Origin: Octopus sinensis
Taxonomy: Eukaryota
Assembly (NCBI RefSeq): GCF_006345805.1
Contig: NW_021833161.1
Coordinates: forward strand, 1 to 29,177
Length of the DNA: 29,177 bases
Direction of reading: 5' to 3'
The notes beneath the pieces are model-generated. The model was not told where the DNA came from. It did not search any database and saw only the letters and a program-made list of their open reading frames with translations. Positions 9,745 through 21,162 of the stretch are shown in pieces. Within the stretch, counting starts at the first letter, position 1. Each line of letters starts with the position of its first letter. The translations under genes were made by a program, and so were the position numbers.

Positions 9745-10734
9745 GTGTCTTTCAAACTTCTTTTTTTTTAATTTTCGCTACCAAAAATGTATTAATAGTT
9801 TACATCAACCGTACTATTATTACAGTAGAATAAGGTACAGTTTGTTTTTCTGTAATTTTCCGCAAAAACATTCACATTACCCTTTTCATTAAAACTTATT
9901 AAAATTTCAAAATTTCATACAACTTTCGTCATGATGTTTCTGCTTTCATTTTGTGATAGACACGCATCACGGAGAAAATGACAGCTTCTTGTTTAGTGAC
10001 TGGATAAAAATTATCGAACTTAAACCCTTTGTAATGTTTTTTCTAAACTTTTTCTGGAACATGTTAACAACCAAATCAGATTAAGCGTGAAAAATAACAC
10101 CAATATATCAAAGTTGAAAATTTTCATTTAATTTTAAGATTTCAAAAACGGTGGCAATAATAGAGAAGACCCAATTTTTTTATATGCAAATTTATCTTTA
10201 CACATGCAGCCAATCGAATGCTTGCTCAAAGTTGCTTTGTTTTGCTTTTCAAACGTTCTTTTTAACAGTTCAGGTGTGTATGTATAAATGTGTGAGTACA
10301 TACATACATGCATATATATATGGATGGGTGGATGGATGAATGGATGGGTGGATGGATGAATATGGCAGTGCATGCGTATTTGTAGTTCATTTCATTTCTT
10401 CATTTCTACCCATTTTGAAAGCAAAACTACGGTGTTTGTAGTTTCAGAGCCCGCTGAGGATAGCAACACACATATTACTCGAACTAGAATCGTTTCACGC
10501 ACACCAACACATTTGAGAATATGAAACCACACACGATGACTGTATGTATTTCACAGGCAATGTCACCGCTTGAATAATTCAAACGCATTACACAAACTTA
10601 TTAAGTTGGAATATAGTATTTATTTATAAACTAAAACTGTGTTTTAGATGTTATCGTCACCTTACTAATGTTTTTGATTGAATGACCAGACAAAAAGCCG
10701 CCACACTTCGAAATCACCAACAAAGAATATAGTT

Positions 10735-10940
10735 TTATATAAATATATATATATATATATAATTATACACCTAAATTTTACAAACATATATGCACACATC
10801 TATATAGGTGAATATATATTTAGGTATTTATACAAATTCGTACCGGTATATATTCTAATATACATATATAGCGTGTAGGTGATTATGTATATAGATATGT
10901 ATAAATATATGTGTATATACATGTATATTATATCTATATA

Positions 10941-10990
<50 letters not shown>

Positions 10991-11046
10991 TATATTCATA
11001 TACATATATACATATATATATACATATATACATATGTATATATATA

Positions 11047-11106
<60 letters not shown>

Positions 11107-11176
11107 GTATATATATATGAATGTTAGTATGGCATATTATATATTCATCTATATATATTTATATATTCATCTATCT

Positions 11177-11216
<40 letters not shown>

Positions 11217-11225
11217 TATATATAA
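10735..11225. repeat. Long (TA)n microsatellite block
   Basis: Direct reading. Confidence 0.95.
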
Positions 11226-11578
11226 AACTATGTCTAACTACTTGTGTATATTATGAAGGTATTGCTTCGTACATGAATAGGTTAAATTTTGTATCTTCAT
11301 GCTTCATTACGCATAATCAATTGAATAATCAGTGAAGCGTGCAACAAAACAAATACTGGCTATAATTTGGCTGCTGCCTGTGTATTGAGTCCAAAAAGCA
11401 AATATTATTGAACCGTGAAAATAACGATTAACGCCTCATCGTGTGTTAGAAATGTCTCAACTGAAAGGTTCACGTCTCTCTAAACCTTTAAATGACTTTC
11501 CTGAATATGAACTAGAGATGATTAGTTATAAACATATTTATTCTGTGATATGTACGCCTGTATCTAGAATTAGTGTGA

Positions 11579-11579
<1 letters not shown>

Positions 11580-11613
<34 letters not shown>

Positions 11614-11757
11614 CACACACATATACATATATATATATCAATATATGTATATATATTGACACACATAAATGCATATATATATTTGTGTATATATTTCTAT
11701 ATGTATATATATATGTGTGTGTGTGTGTGTGTGCCTGTGTGTGCATACGTATATAGT

Positions 11758-11807
<50 letters not shown>

Positions 11808-11808
11808 C

Positions 11809-11877
<69 letters not shown>

Positions 11878-12195
11878 GACTTTGACATTACTGATGTGTG
11901 TGTATATGTATAAAAATAAAGATAGATAGAAACATATATATACATATATATATATATGTATGTATATATACATATATATATATATATGTATGTATATACA
12001 TATATATAATATATATATTATATATATACTATATATATATATACATACATATATATGTATATATATATATATATTCACGCACATATATATATGAATGAAT
12101 ATATATGAATATATAATAAACATATATTAGTGAGCATGTGTGCTTATGCATCCACACTCTGAAACACACACATATATATGTATATATATGTGTAT

Positions 12196-12254
<59 letters not shown>

Positions 12255-12330
12255 CATATATATACGTCCATCCATACATGAATGCATACATGCAATCATA
12301 CATACACACATATATACATCCATGCGTACA
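11580..12330. repeat. Compound (TA)n/(GATA)n block, with (GATA)n at about 11757-11876
   Basis: Direct reading. Confidence 0.95.
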
Positions 12331-12559
12331 AGAATACATACATACCTATGTACAAGTATATACGTACATAGATTACATCCTTTGTTGCCAGTCAAGACCT
12401 TCTGTCTCTGCACTCAATCATTTTTGTCTCGTTGCGTTGTCGTTCTTATCGTTTGTATCACATTCAATTGTTTTATCACTCTATGTATATGCATGCATAT
12501 ATGCTTTTGTCTGTATAAAGGAACATACCGTTACCATAGATATACATGTATGACACATG

Positions 12560-12802
12560 TGTGTCTTTGTGTGTTCGTTTGTCTGTGCCTCTGTGTGTGT
12601 GTGTGTGTTTGTGTGTTCGTTTGTCTGTGCCTCTGTGTGTGTGTGTGTCTTTGTGTGTTCGTTTGTCTGTGCCTCTGTGTGTGTGTGTGTGTTTGTGTGT
12701 TCGTTTGTCTGTGCCTCTGTGTGTGTGTGTCTTTGTGTGTTCGTTTGTCTGTGCCTCTGTGTGTGTGTGTGTGTGTTTGTGTGTTCGTTTGTCTGTACCT
12801 CT
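12560..12802. repeat. Minisatellite: six ~40-44-bp units (ttgtgtgttcgtttgtctgtgcctct + (GT)n)
   Basis: Core starts at about 12567, 12609, 12651, 12693, 12733 and 12777. Confidence 0.9.
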
Positions 12803-12852
12803 GTGTGTGTGTGTGTGAGTGTGTGTGTGTGTGTGCGTGTGTGTGTGTGTGT

Positions 12853-12890
<38 letters not shown>

Positions 12891-13082
12891 CGTATGCATA
12901 TGAATGTGTTTCTTTACGTAGGTGTGTGTTGGGAGGGTTTTCGTGTATGGTGGAACTGTCTTTGTATGTTGTAGCTATTTATATTCATTTCTATGTGTGT
13001 GATGTGTGTATGCGTGTTTTTGCGTTTGTCCACACCCACACCCACCAACACACACATGCACACACACACATATATAAGTATG

Positions 13083-13146
<64 letters not shown>

Positions 13147-13265
13147 AGGTATGCATGTGTGTGTTTTATTATGTTTGTGCAAACACGCACACATATATAA
13201 TTATGTACGTATATGTGTGTGTGTGTATGTGTGTGTGTGTAAATCTCTATTGCACATACATATAT
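12803..13265. repeat. (GT)n/(CA)n/(TA)n microsatellite patches
   Basis: Direct reading. Confidence 0.85.
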
Positions 13266-13585
13266 ATACATAAACACATACATTATTGCTGATTTCGTTG
13301 CAATCATTGCATATACGTACGTGTACCTCGTATCTCTCTCTCCCTCTTTCCCTCTCTCTCTCTCACCTTTTTTTTCTCTCTCCTCCTCTCACTGCATATA
13401 AGATTTTGTCCCACCCTTATATTACCCGCTCATGTACGCAGCCGCCTATTCTTCTTCGGCTCATCTAACACACTGATAGCATCCAAACATTTATAAATAT
13501 TCTACATTGCTGTCCCAAATATTTCACCTTTGACCTCTCTAAGGGAAGTAATCCAAACAAACTAGCAACGGTTTATCACTTGTCC

Positions 13586-13822
13586 TAATAAGGCCGCGAG
13601 CTGGCAGAAACGTTAGCACGCCGGGCGAAATGCGGAGCCGTATTTCGTCTGCCGTTACGTTCTGAGTTCAAATTCCACCGAGGTCGACTTTGTCTTTCAT
13701 CCTTCCGGGGTCGATTAAATAAGTACCAGTTACGCACTGGGGTCGATATAATCGACTTAATCCGTTTGTCTGTCATTGTTTGTCCTCTCTGTGTTTAGCC
13801 CCTTGTGGGTAGTAAAGAAATA
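13586..13822 (+). mobile_element. Full-length A1 SINE with 16-bp TSD
   Basis: TSD ggtttatcacttgtcc at 13570-13585 and 13823-13838. Confidence 0.95.
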
Positions 13823-14069
13823 GGTTTATCACTTGTCCATCACTTGTATGGCGCCTAACAACTCCTATCCATTCATTCAATGGAGGAGTCTCGAGAATGA
13901 TGAAGCTTATCCCCACTCTGAAGATCAGGGAACACTCATTAGAGTAAGGTTTATTGTAAAACCCCGGTAAATAGAATTAGGCGGAAGTCTTTAATCCTTC
14001 TTTATTTGATTCAATCCACGTACGCTGCTATTACTCTTGGGAAAGTAATGAACGTTACAACATCGTATA

Positions 14070-14320
14070 CTCTCTTTACTCTTTTACTTGTTTCAGTCAT
14101 TTGACTGCGGCCATGCTGGAGTAACACCTTTAATCGAGCAACTCGACCTCGGGACTTATTCTTTTGTAAGCCCAGTACTTATTCTATCGGTCTCTTTTGC
14201 CGAACCGCTAAGTAACGGGTACATAGACACACCAATATCGGTTGTCAAGTAATGCTAGGGGGACAAACACAGACACATATACGACGGGCTTCTTTCAGTT
14301 TCCGTCTACCAAATCCACTC
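14070..14320 (-). mobile_element. 5'-truncated group-D SINE
   Basis: Reverse complement of the D 3' part; shares the diagnostic variants of the 4705 and 9317 copies; almost no internal microsatellite. Confidence 0.9.
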
Positions 14321-14404
14321 TTGTAAAATAATTACTTATAGTTTAGGTCTTAAGTTTAACGAGACCATGAAAGGTTTAACTAGTTGCCGTAAAGTAATAC
14401 ACAG

Positions 14405-14850
14405 AGAACTGGCAGAAGTGTCACTGTCACAAAATGTCTAATAGCGTTTAGATCAGTTTCAGCCCTATTGTGTTCTGAGTTCAAATCCGACCAAATTTGC
14501 TTTACTTCCTTCCGGCGTCGAAAAAGTGAACTATTGGTCAAGTACTATGGTAGATGTGATCAATTATGCTCCACTCCAAATTTGAACTCAGAATGTTATG
14601 ACAGACGAGATGCTGCTAAGCATTTTGCCGCGGCGTGCTAACGATTCTATCTGCTCGCCGCATTAACAATTATGGATTTAAATTTTGGTATAAGGCCAGC
14701 AGTTGAAGGGGGGGGTAAGTTGATTACATCGACCCCAGTGCATGACTGGTACTTTCTTTTTGTAGTCCCTGAAATAATGAAAACAAAAACCGACCTCAGC
14801 TGAATTTGAACTCAGATGGTAAAGACGGACATAACGCCGCTAAGCACTTA
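14405..14850. mobile_element. Cluster of three diverged A-group SINE pieces (+ 14405-14577; - 14578-14667; - 14668-14850)
   Basis: gttctgagttcaaatcc on +; aatttgaactcaga twice on -; ttacatcgaccccagtgc...ctggtact. Confidence 0.7.
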
Positions 14851-15420
14851 CCAAAGACATAGATATGAAATTTGGCTAAGAAAAATGTGCCAAAGCAACT
14901 TTGAATAGAGAGAAACTAGTTAAGAGTAGCAACATCACACTAGATAAAAACCAATGAAATAAGAGAATTAGACCAAAGCCAGACTTACAAATATTTAGGA
15001 ATCAATGAACTAGATACGATACAACGCACACAAATGAAAGAGAAAACAAAGAAAGAATACTATTGACGAGTTAGATAAATACTGAAAACAGAGCTCAATG
15101 CTAAAAACAAGATAATAGGTATCAACATTCTAGCCGTCCCAATTATAAGTTACAGCTATAATATCCTTAACTGGACTCTAAATGAACTAACCAAAATAGA
15201 CAGGAAAGCAAGAAAAATAATGATAGGATCTAGGATGCACCACCAGGACTTACAAATATATATGACATACAGAAAATTGCACTACTAGGCACTGTACACA
15301 TCGTACGCAAAACACTTTCAATACAGTAATCATCAGAGCATCACAGCAAACCACAGCACATACCCAAGGCACACGGAGATGCGCTCGATAGTGAAATGAA
15401 AGCACGCTATAAAAATACAG
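14851..15420 (+). mobile_element. R4/Dong-clade non-LTR retrotransposon relic, internally deleted (RT end/thumb joined to C-terminus and 3' UTR)
   Basis: DIDMKFG*EKCAK...TYKYLGINE...MKEK...ILKTELNAKNKIIGINILAVPIISYS...IDRKARK...MHH joined to PGLTNIYDIQKIALLGTVHIVRKTLSIQ* (stop 15327-15329). The 3' UTR matches the reverse complement of 23762-23862. Confidence 0.88.
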
Positions 15421-15429
15421 TTAGTGTAA

Positions 15430-15790
15430 CTGATAAGCAGAGTGAAATACTCTCTGAACCAACCATAAACACTAAGGGTGATGAAAATCAAATAGAGAAA
15501 GAAAATCAAACAGAAATGACCCAACAGAACTACATGATCTAAAAAGTCAAATTATGATTGAATAACATAATATTAAAGAAATCAGAATGAATGAACGCGA
15601 CACTCTCCCAAATATTTGCAATTCTCACCAAAACCTGAAAATAATTGGTAAAAATCCGCCTTGCACTTCAGGAGATAATTTCAGCTGATGATGTTGATAT
15701 TACAGATCTCAACCACCTGTACTATGCATCTGCGAAAATCTCAACGATTCATTCCCACAAAAAGCCTACTTGCTAAGCCTCTGCCAAGGC
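15430..15790 (+). mobile_element. Probable N-terminal (pre-RT) ORF fragment of an R4/Dong-like element
   Basis: PTELHDLKSQIMIE*HNIKEIRMNERDTLPN...IRLALQEIISADDVDITDLNHLYYASAKI resembles the ERxxLPK...ITxLNxLIYAxA region I recall upstream of RT in this clade. Confidence 0.55.
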
Positions 15791-15831
15791 AACACCAACG
15801 TCCCCTCAATGATTAGTCAGAGATGATTTTT

Positions 15832-16115
15832 TAATATGCGAATATCTGAAATAAGCTCGAATGCTCTCATAAGCAAGAATACTATAAATGAACCCGACCG
15901 CTCTCAAAAATTAAGTAAAAAGCAAACGGAAAAAATAACCCAGAATCTTTGTCCGGTACCGGATCGATCCCAAAATCTAATTAGTTCGTGCCAGTCACGA
16001 GGCCAAACATCCCTGAAAGTTTCATCCGAATCCATCCAGCGGTCCTTGAGATAGCTTGTCCACAGACAAACAAACACGACTGAAAACAATACCTCTACCC
16101 TTCCCTAAGGCGGAG

Positions 16116-16120
<5 letters not shown>
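15832..16120 (-). mobile_element. Possible non-autonomous Helentron-associated (HINE/DINE-1-like) element
   Basis: Degenerate terminal hairpin at 16088-16120, short (TTTG)-type tract, atctcaagg...ggatggattcggatgaaact on the minus strand, perfect palindrome tccggtaccgga at 15952-15963. No coding capacity. Confidence 0.4.
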
Positions 16121-16175
<55 letters not shown>

Positions 16176-16279
16176 GCCTACCAATATACACTATGAGTTT
16201 CTTTGCCCTAGGAGTCGGGAAGACACTCGGCAAGAAATGAAAGAAAATTTGAAAGAAGAAAAAAAAAGTAATAATAATG

Positions 16280-16346
<67 letters not shown>

Positions 16347-16355
16347 TAATAATAA
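16117..16355. repeat. (TAA)n tracts enclosing a ~95-bp unique insert (16175-16268), possibly the extreme 3' end of another TAA-targeting retroelement
   Basis: The TAA tracts are read directly; the insert ends in an A-rich tail running into (TAA)n. The confidence value refers to the identity of the insert, which is speculative. Confidence 0.5.
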
Positions 16356-16488
16356 TATTCCTTTTTAATATAGGCACAAGACCAGCAATCTCAGGGGAGG
16401 ATGTAAGTTGAATTCATCGACCCCAGTGCTCAACTGGTACTTATTTTATCGACCCTGAAAGGATAAAAGGTAAAGTCTATCTCGGTGG
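16355..16488 (-). mobile_element. A2 SINE 3' part
   Basis: ggcacaagacc...catcgaccccagtgctcaactggtacttattttatcgaccctgaaagg. Confidence 0.8.
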
Positions 16489-17080
16489 CAAGTGCAGCCA
16501 TTTTTAGAGAAGTATGTTAGTTGATAACTATCAATATTTGACTGGTAGTTTTTTTTTCTATTTTTCTTTTTTCTTTCCTAATTTAACGAATCCGTGCAAA
16601 AAAAAGACTTCTGTGGGATTTGAACCTCGGACACGATAACAACACCATTCTTGTTGATGAGTCTCTGGAGGCGTGTCTACTTTGTCACTGTTAAAAGAAG
16701 TTGGTGAAATATCTCGCTTAATCACAACCTTTGGTAATATGGATGAACGCATTAAATAATGGATGGTCGGTTCGCTCATGCTTGGCATATTTTTGATCCT
16801 ATGGCCGCTCAGTCAAAACTGAACTGGCGCTAAACAATTACAACACACTGAATACCAGTAATATCTTACGTCACGTTTTAATTGCCGCACAAAATCTCGC
16901 GCTCGTGATTTTGCCGTCAAAAACCAAACTTTTAAAATTTATTATTTTCATTTATTTATTTATTTATTTGTTTGATAATTAAGAAATTAATACATTTAAG
17001 AGTTCAAAAATGTAACCGTTATTGAAATTAAGAAACCCTTTCATATTCCCTTCCCCTCTCTCTCTCTCTCTCTCACTCTC

Positions 17081-17131
<51 letters not shown>

Positions 17132-17730
17132 GCTTTTTTCTCTCATTAAAAATCCGATGGCGTAATGTGAGGGAGTGAAGAAAAAGTGTCTCTAGAGAAA
17201 TTAATGATTTATTATAATTAAGATGTATTAGCTGGATGTTAGTTTGAGTGGAAACACTTGAGAGAAGGAAGCCTTTTTTTTCCATTTTCTTTTTTTTTCT
17301 TTTCTTTTTTTTTTTTACATTTTTCTTTTTTTTTTTTTAACTGAGACTTCTTGAGGCACGTTTGAGATTTTGAAACAATTGTTTTACGATGACGAACGAA
17401 ATTAAATTCGTGACTGCGGAAAAATATGAAATAATACTTCACATTTTGACATTTTCCTAATGAGTTCCATCGATTTAAAACGGCGCTTGTTTGAACGCTT
17501 GTGTTTGGTTCTTACTCTTATTATTATTTCGTTGTTTGTTTATGCATTGTTTTTTTTTTGTTTTTTTGCTGTTGTTGTTTTTATTAGATATAAATACTTC
17601 TGTTTTCTTTAACAATATGATATCCAAAAACAAATGAATGGTAAAGCAAAAATATTTTGCCAGGTTTTTTTCATTTTTTTTTAAAATATTTGTTTTAATA
17701 TCGGTGTGTGTGTGTGTTGTGTGTGTGTGT

Positions 17731-17768
<38 letters not shown>

Positions 17769-17908
17769 TGTGTGTTAGTATGTGGATGTGTTTGTGATTG
17801 CGCGCTTGTCTTCCGTGTGTCTTCTGTGTTTATTTTAAATTCACATTCACATCATTTAAATGCTACTCCATCATTAGACGATACATGATTTCAATATTAC
17901 GACACAAA

Positions 17909-18130
17909 TAATGCGCCAAGTTGGCAGAATCGTTAGCACGCCGGGCGAAATGCTTAGCGACGTTCTGTCTGTCTTTACGTTCTGAATTCGAGTTTCGCTG
18001 GAGTCGACTTTGCTCAGCCATCCTTTGGGATCCATAAAAACAAGTACCAGTCATGCACTGAGGTTCAATGTAAACGACTTACCCCCGCCCAGAATTTGTT
18101 GACCTTGTGCCAAAATCTGAAAGCATTATT
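17909..18130 (+). mobile_element. Full-length diverged A2 SINE
   Basis: agttggcagaatcgttagcacgccgggcgaaatgcttagc...gaccttgtgccaaaatctgaaagcattatt. Confidence 0.85.
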
Positions 18131-18131
18131 T

Positions 18132-18550
18132 CTTATTTCTTTATTACCCACAAGGAGCTAAACATAGAGGGGACAAACAGGGACAGACAAACGGATTAAG
18201 TCGATAGGATCGACCCCAGTGCGTAACTGGTACTTAATTAATCGACCCCGAAAGGATGAAAGGCAAAGTCGAACTCGGCGGAATTTGAACTCAGAACGTA
18301 ACGGCAGATGAAATACCTATTTCTTTACTACCCACAAGGGGCTAAACACAGAGAGGACAAACAAGGACAGAAAAACGGATTAAGTCGATTATATCGACCC
18401 CAGTGCGTAACTGGTACTTATTTAATTGACCCCGAAAGGATGAAAGGCAAAGTCGACCTCGGCGGAATTTGAACTCAGAACGTAGCGGCAGACAAAATAC
18501 CGCTGAGCATTTCGCTCGGCGTGCTAACGATTCTGGCCAGCTCGCCGCTT
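18132..18550 (-). mobile_element. Dimeric A1 SINE (one head, two bodies) with imperfect TSD
   Basis: Full unit 18550 to about 18317, second body to about 18132; flanks tctgaaagcattatttct (18116) and tctgaaagcaatgtttct (18551). Confidence 0.88.
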
Positions 18551-18575
18551 TCTGAAAGCAATGTTTCTATACAAA

Positions 18576-18762
18576 TAAAGGCAGTGAGCTGACAAAACCG
18601 TTAGAGCGAAAAAATGTTTTTCCGCATATGTTCCGACTCTTTATGGTCTGAGTTCAAACCCCACCGAGATCAGCTTTGCCTTATATCATTTTGGGGTCGA
18701 TAAAATAAGTATGGACAAGTAGATCATACCCTCTCGAAATTTATAGCCTTGTGCCTAGATTA
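18576..18762 (+). mobile_element. Diverged A2 SINE
   Basis: taaaggcagtgagctgacaaaaccgttagagc...ctgagttcaaaccccaccgagatc...gccttgtgcctag. Confidence 0.75.
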
Positions 18763-18829
18763 AATTTTCGGGATAGGGATCAAATAGGGTGGTGGTGGTG
18801 GTGGTGGTGGTGGTAGTTATCGTCGTCGT

Positions 18830-18930
18830 TGAAGATTCATAGAATCAGTAGAGCTATCAGAAAAATGGTTTGTGGTATTCGGTTGCACCCTTTTATAGCA
18901 CGAGTTCAAACTCAAACCATCTTCGACTTT
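18830..18930 (+). mobile_element. Highly diverged A-group SINE head
   Basis: atagaatcagtagagc...aaaatggtttgtggtatt...gagttcaaactc...tcgactttgtc. Confidence 0.5.
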
Positions 18931-19511
18931 GTCATAATTGTCTTCCTGGGCGAAAAACAACACCTGGAAAAGGTGGAGAAACACGTCAGCAGACTAGAAC
19001 AAAGAAAAGTCAAACTCAATATACCTCAACACCTTGAAGTCAACCAGAAAAGAAGTATATCTCTGGGGCGACACGAATTAGAGCGAATACCTTCTGATCA
19101 AGTTGAATTCTACTTGAAAAACTCATGCGCAGCAACAAGCTTGAGTACATCTGAGTTATTTTTACTTGGAAACTCCAGACATCCTACCCACCCACAAATC
19201 ACTAAGGATTTTACATTGATGCCAGTCTATCTGGGACGGAGAGTGAATCGAGTAAAACTTTCGAATGTATTTACCGGGACAAGATTTTTAGTGGGCAGTG
19301 ACATGTATGGTTTGGGGGATACTTAACATGTTGCTAAACATGTAAAGAGTCCGAAAACAAAATTGGATTGTGATGGTGTTGGAGATTCTGATTCAGATGA
19401 AATTTGGGTCATTGAAAAGATCCCCATAGTAATAGAGTTCCCAAGAGGGCAGCAGTTCCAGATGGTTGTAGAAAGTAGAAAGCCTTAATTCTCCAGATGT
19501 GCGATGTAAGG
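18930..19511 (+). mobile_element. Possible degenerate gag-like ORF1 of a non-LTR retrotransposon
   Basis: A single frame continues through three stops: ...FTLMPVYLGRRVNRVKLSNV...*...EKIPIVIEFPRGQQFQMVVESRKP*FSRCAM*G. The end resembles a decayed VEGRxPxCxxCxxxGH zinc-knuckle lead-in. Confidence 0.45.
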
Positions 19512-19887
19512 ATCCAGTGCAATCACCTGACCAGACATTGGAAACCGGACAGTGAATAAAAATGAAAGAATATGTATGAAAATCAACATAGCATGCCCCG
19601 GTGACAACAGGATCAATGAGAAAGAAGAAGAAAAAAATAAACAACTATGACAATTTCAAGTGGGAAATACGACGGTTGTGGTCAATGAGGAGAGTAGGCG
19701 TAATACCAATAGTAACTAGTGTGCTTGGAAGTATCAGCACTCCTACAAAAATCAGCATTGCTTGGAACTGCAAGAATTCTTCTCAGGGTTCTTGAAGTAT
19801 GACCAGTAAACAAGTGTCACCTTATTCTGCTGGCTGTGGACAGCTGACACTTTCAATCATATCCAGCAAAATAAGCTGAGTTTTCAT
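19512..19887 (+). mobile_element. R4/Dong-clade 3' fragment (RLE domain and 3' UTR), second family
   Basis: IQCNHLTRHWKPD/VNKNERICMKINIACPGDNRINEKEEE/KINNYDNFKWEIRRLWSMRRVGVIPIVTSVLGSIST/LQKSALLGTARILLRVLEV* (stop 19800-19802); ends in (TAA)n. Confidence 0.85.
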
Positions 19888-19931
19888 ATAATAATAATAA
19901 TGATGATGATGATAATAATAATAATATAATC

Positions 19932-19984
<53 letters not shown>
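19888..19984. repeat. (TAA)n microsatellite
   Basis: Direct reading. Confidence 0.95.
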
Positions 19985-19985
<1 letters not shown>

Positions 19986-20539
19986 CCCTGATGCAGTACC
20001 AGGCAGTGGCTCTCATATGGCTTCTGATCTTAACTGATTGGAAGTGTTATCATGTACATTGTTTTTCTTGGTATAAAAGATGGGCTACAGCAATATTCTG
20101 CTCAATACCACAGATTTGCTTGTCAGTTGTTTGCCCTTAACCAGTTGAGCATGTCCCTTAGTGGCTGACGATATGTGCATCTCTGATCACGAGCAGAAGT
20201 AGTGGGGGAGCATCATAGCCATGTGTTGAGAGGGATTCTTTGGGGTTTGAATAATTCACCTCTGGAAATATGAGTGGTTTTTTCAACATCCTTAAACACC
20301 CTTATTCAGGGACCGTTTGAGTGGGATGGGCTACTCAACCTGAAGAAATTCTAACTGGGCCCCACCTGCAAGGTCATGTGCTGTTTATCTTGATATGAGA
20401 TCACCATGTCGCGCAACATATGGTTGTGATGCATGTGCCTGGTGTACCTTATCAGACAGGTAGTCATGATGGGTATATTGGGCTTCGTATATTTTATACC
20501 CCAGTGTCACTTTGATGGCAATGAACTGCTCTCTCACTC
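19985..20539 (+). mobile_element. Unclassified ~555-bp element flanked by TAA repeats (copy 2)
   Basis: End-to-end reverse-complement match to 3439-3977; (TAA)n on both sides. Confidence 0.85.
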
Positions 20540-20580
20540 AATAATAATAATAATGAATAAAAATAATAATAATAATATAA

Positions 20581-20611
<31 letters not shown>

Positions 20612-20623
20612 ATAATAATAATA

Positions 20624-20656
<33 letters not shown>
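20540..20656. repeat. Degenerate (TAA)n microsatellite
   Basis: Direct reading. Confidence 0.95.
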
Positions 20657-20657
<1 letters not shown>

Positions 20658-20672
20658 GTAATATAAATGTCA

Positions 20673-20953
20673 GAGGCACAAAGCCTAGTGGTTAGAGCAG
20701 CGGACTCGCGTCGAGGGATCGCAGGTTCGAATCTCAGACCGGGTGGTGTGTGTGTTTATGAGCGAAGCTCAGGCAGAAGGTAATGGCGAACATCTGCTGA
20801 CTCTTTCGCCACAACTTTCTCTCACTCTTTCCCCCTGCATCTTTGCAGCTCACCTGCGACGGACCGGCGTCCCTTCCAGGTGGGGAACCTATACGCCAAA
20901 TAAAACCGGGAAACCGGCCCTTATGAGCCAGCGTGGCTCGAGAAGGAACAAAC
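20673..20953 (+). mobile_element. Group-E SINE variant with V-domain-like core and 13-bp TSD
   Basis: tRNA-like head (gcctagtggttagagc...ggttcgaatctc); TSD aatataaatgtca at 20660-20672 and 20954-20966; core ctgcgacggaccggcgtcccttccagg. Confidence 0.88.
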
Positions 20954-21162
20954 AATATAAATGTCAAATATTTTGGTGCGTGTCTTTTGGGCCACACTGC
21001 ACATGGTTTCACATTCGATCCCACGGCAAGGTAACTTACATAAATGTTTTCCTAGCATAGACTCCTATCGATTACATACAACATTGAATTGATAACTTCT
21101 CCCTTTGCTTTCTTCCTTCCTTCATTCATTCCTTCCTTCCTTCCTTCTTTCCTTCAACTATA

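Noticed and set aside
10184-10214. Octamer ATGCAAAT plus CCAAT
   Set aside because: Short motifs expected by chance in AT-rich DNA; no downstream histone or snRNA sequence.
13544-13970. ~57-codon open frame restored by removing the SINE (GSNPNKLATVYH...YPFIQWRSLENDEAY...)
   Set aside because: No recognisable homology, a length reachable by chance, and only weak splice-site support.
16860-17230. CRE-like TTACGTCA and TGATTTAT/TAAT-rich homeodomain-like sites around a (CT)n tract
   Set aside because: Common motifs with no independent support.
18829-19326. 165-aa ORF as an intact gene
   Set aside because: Its first ~35 codons lie in a SINE head, it starts at TTG, and the same frame continues through further stops. 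It is better read as a decayed retroelement ORF.
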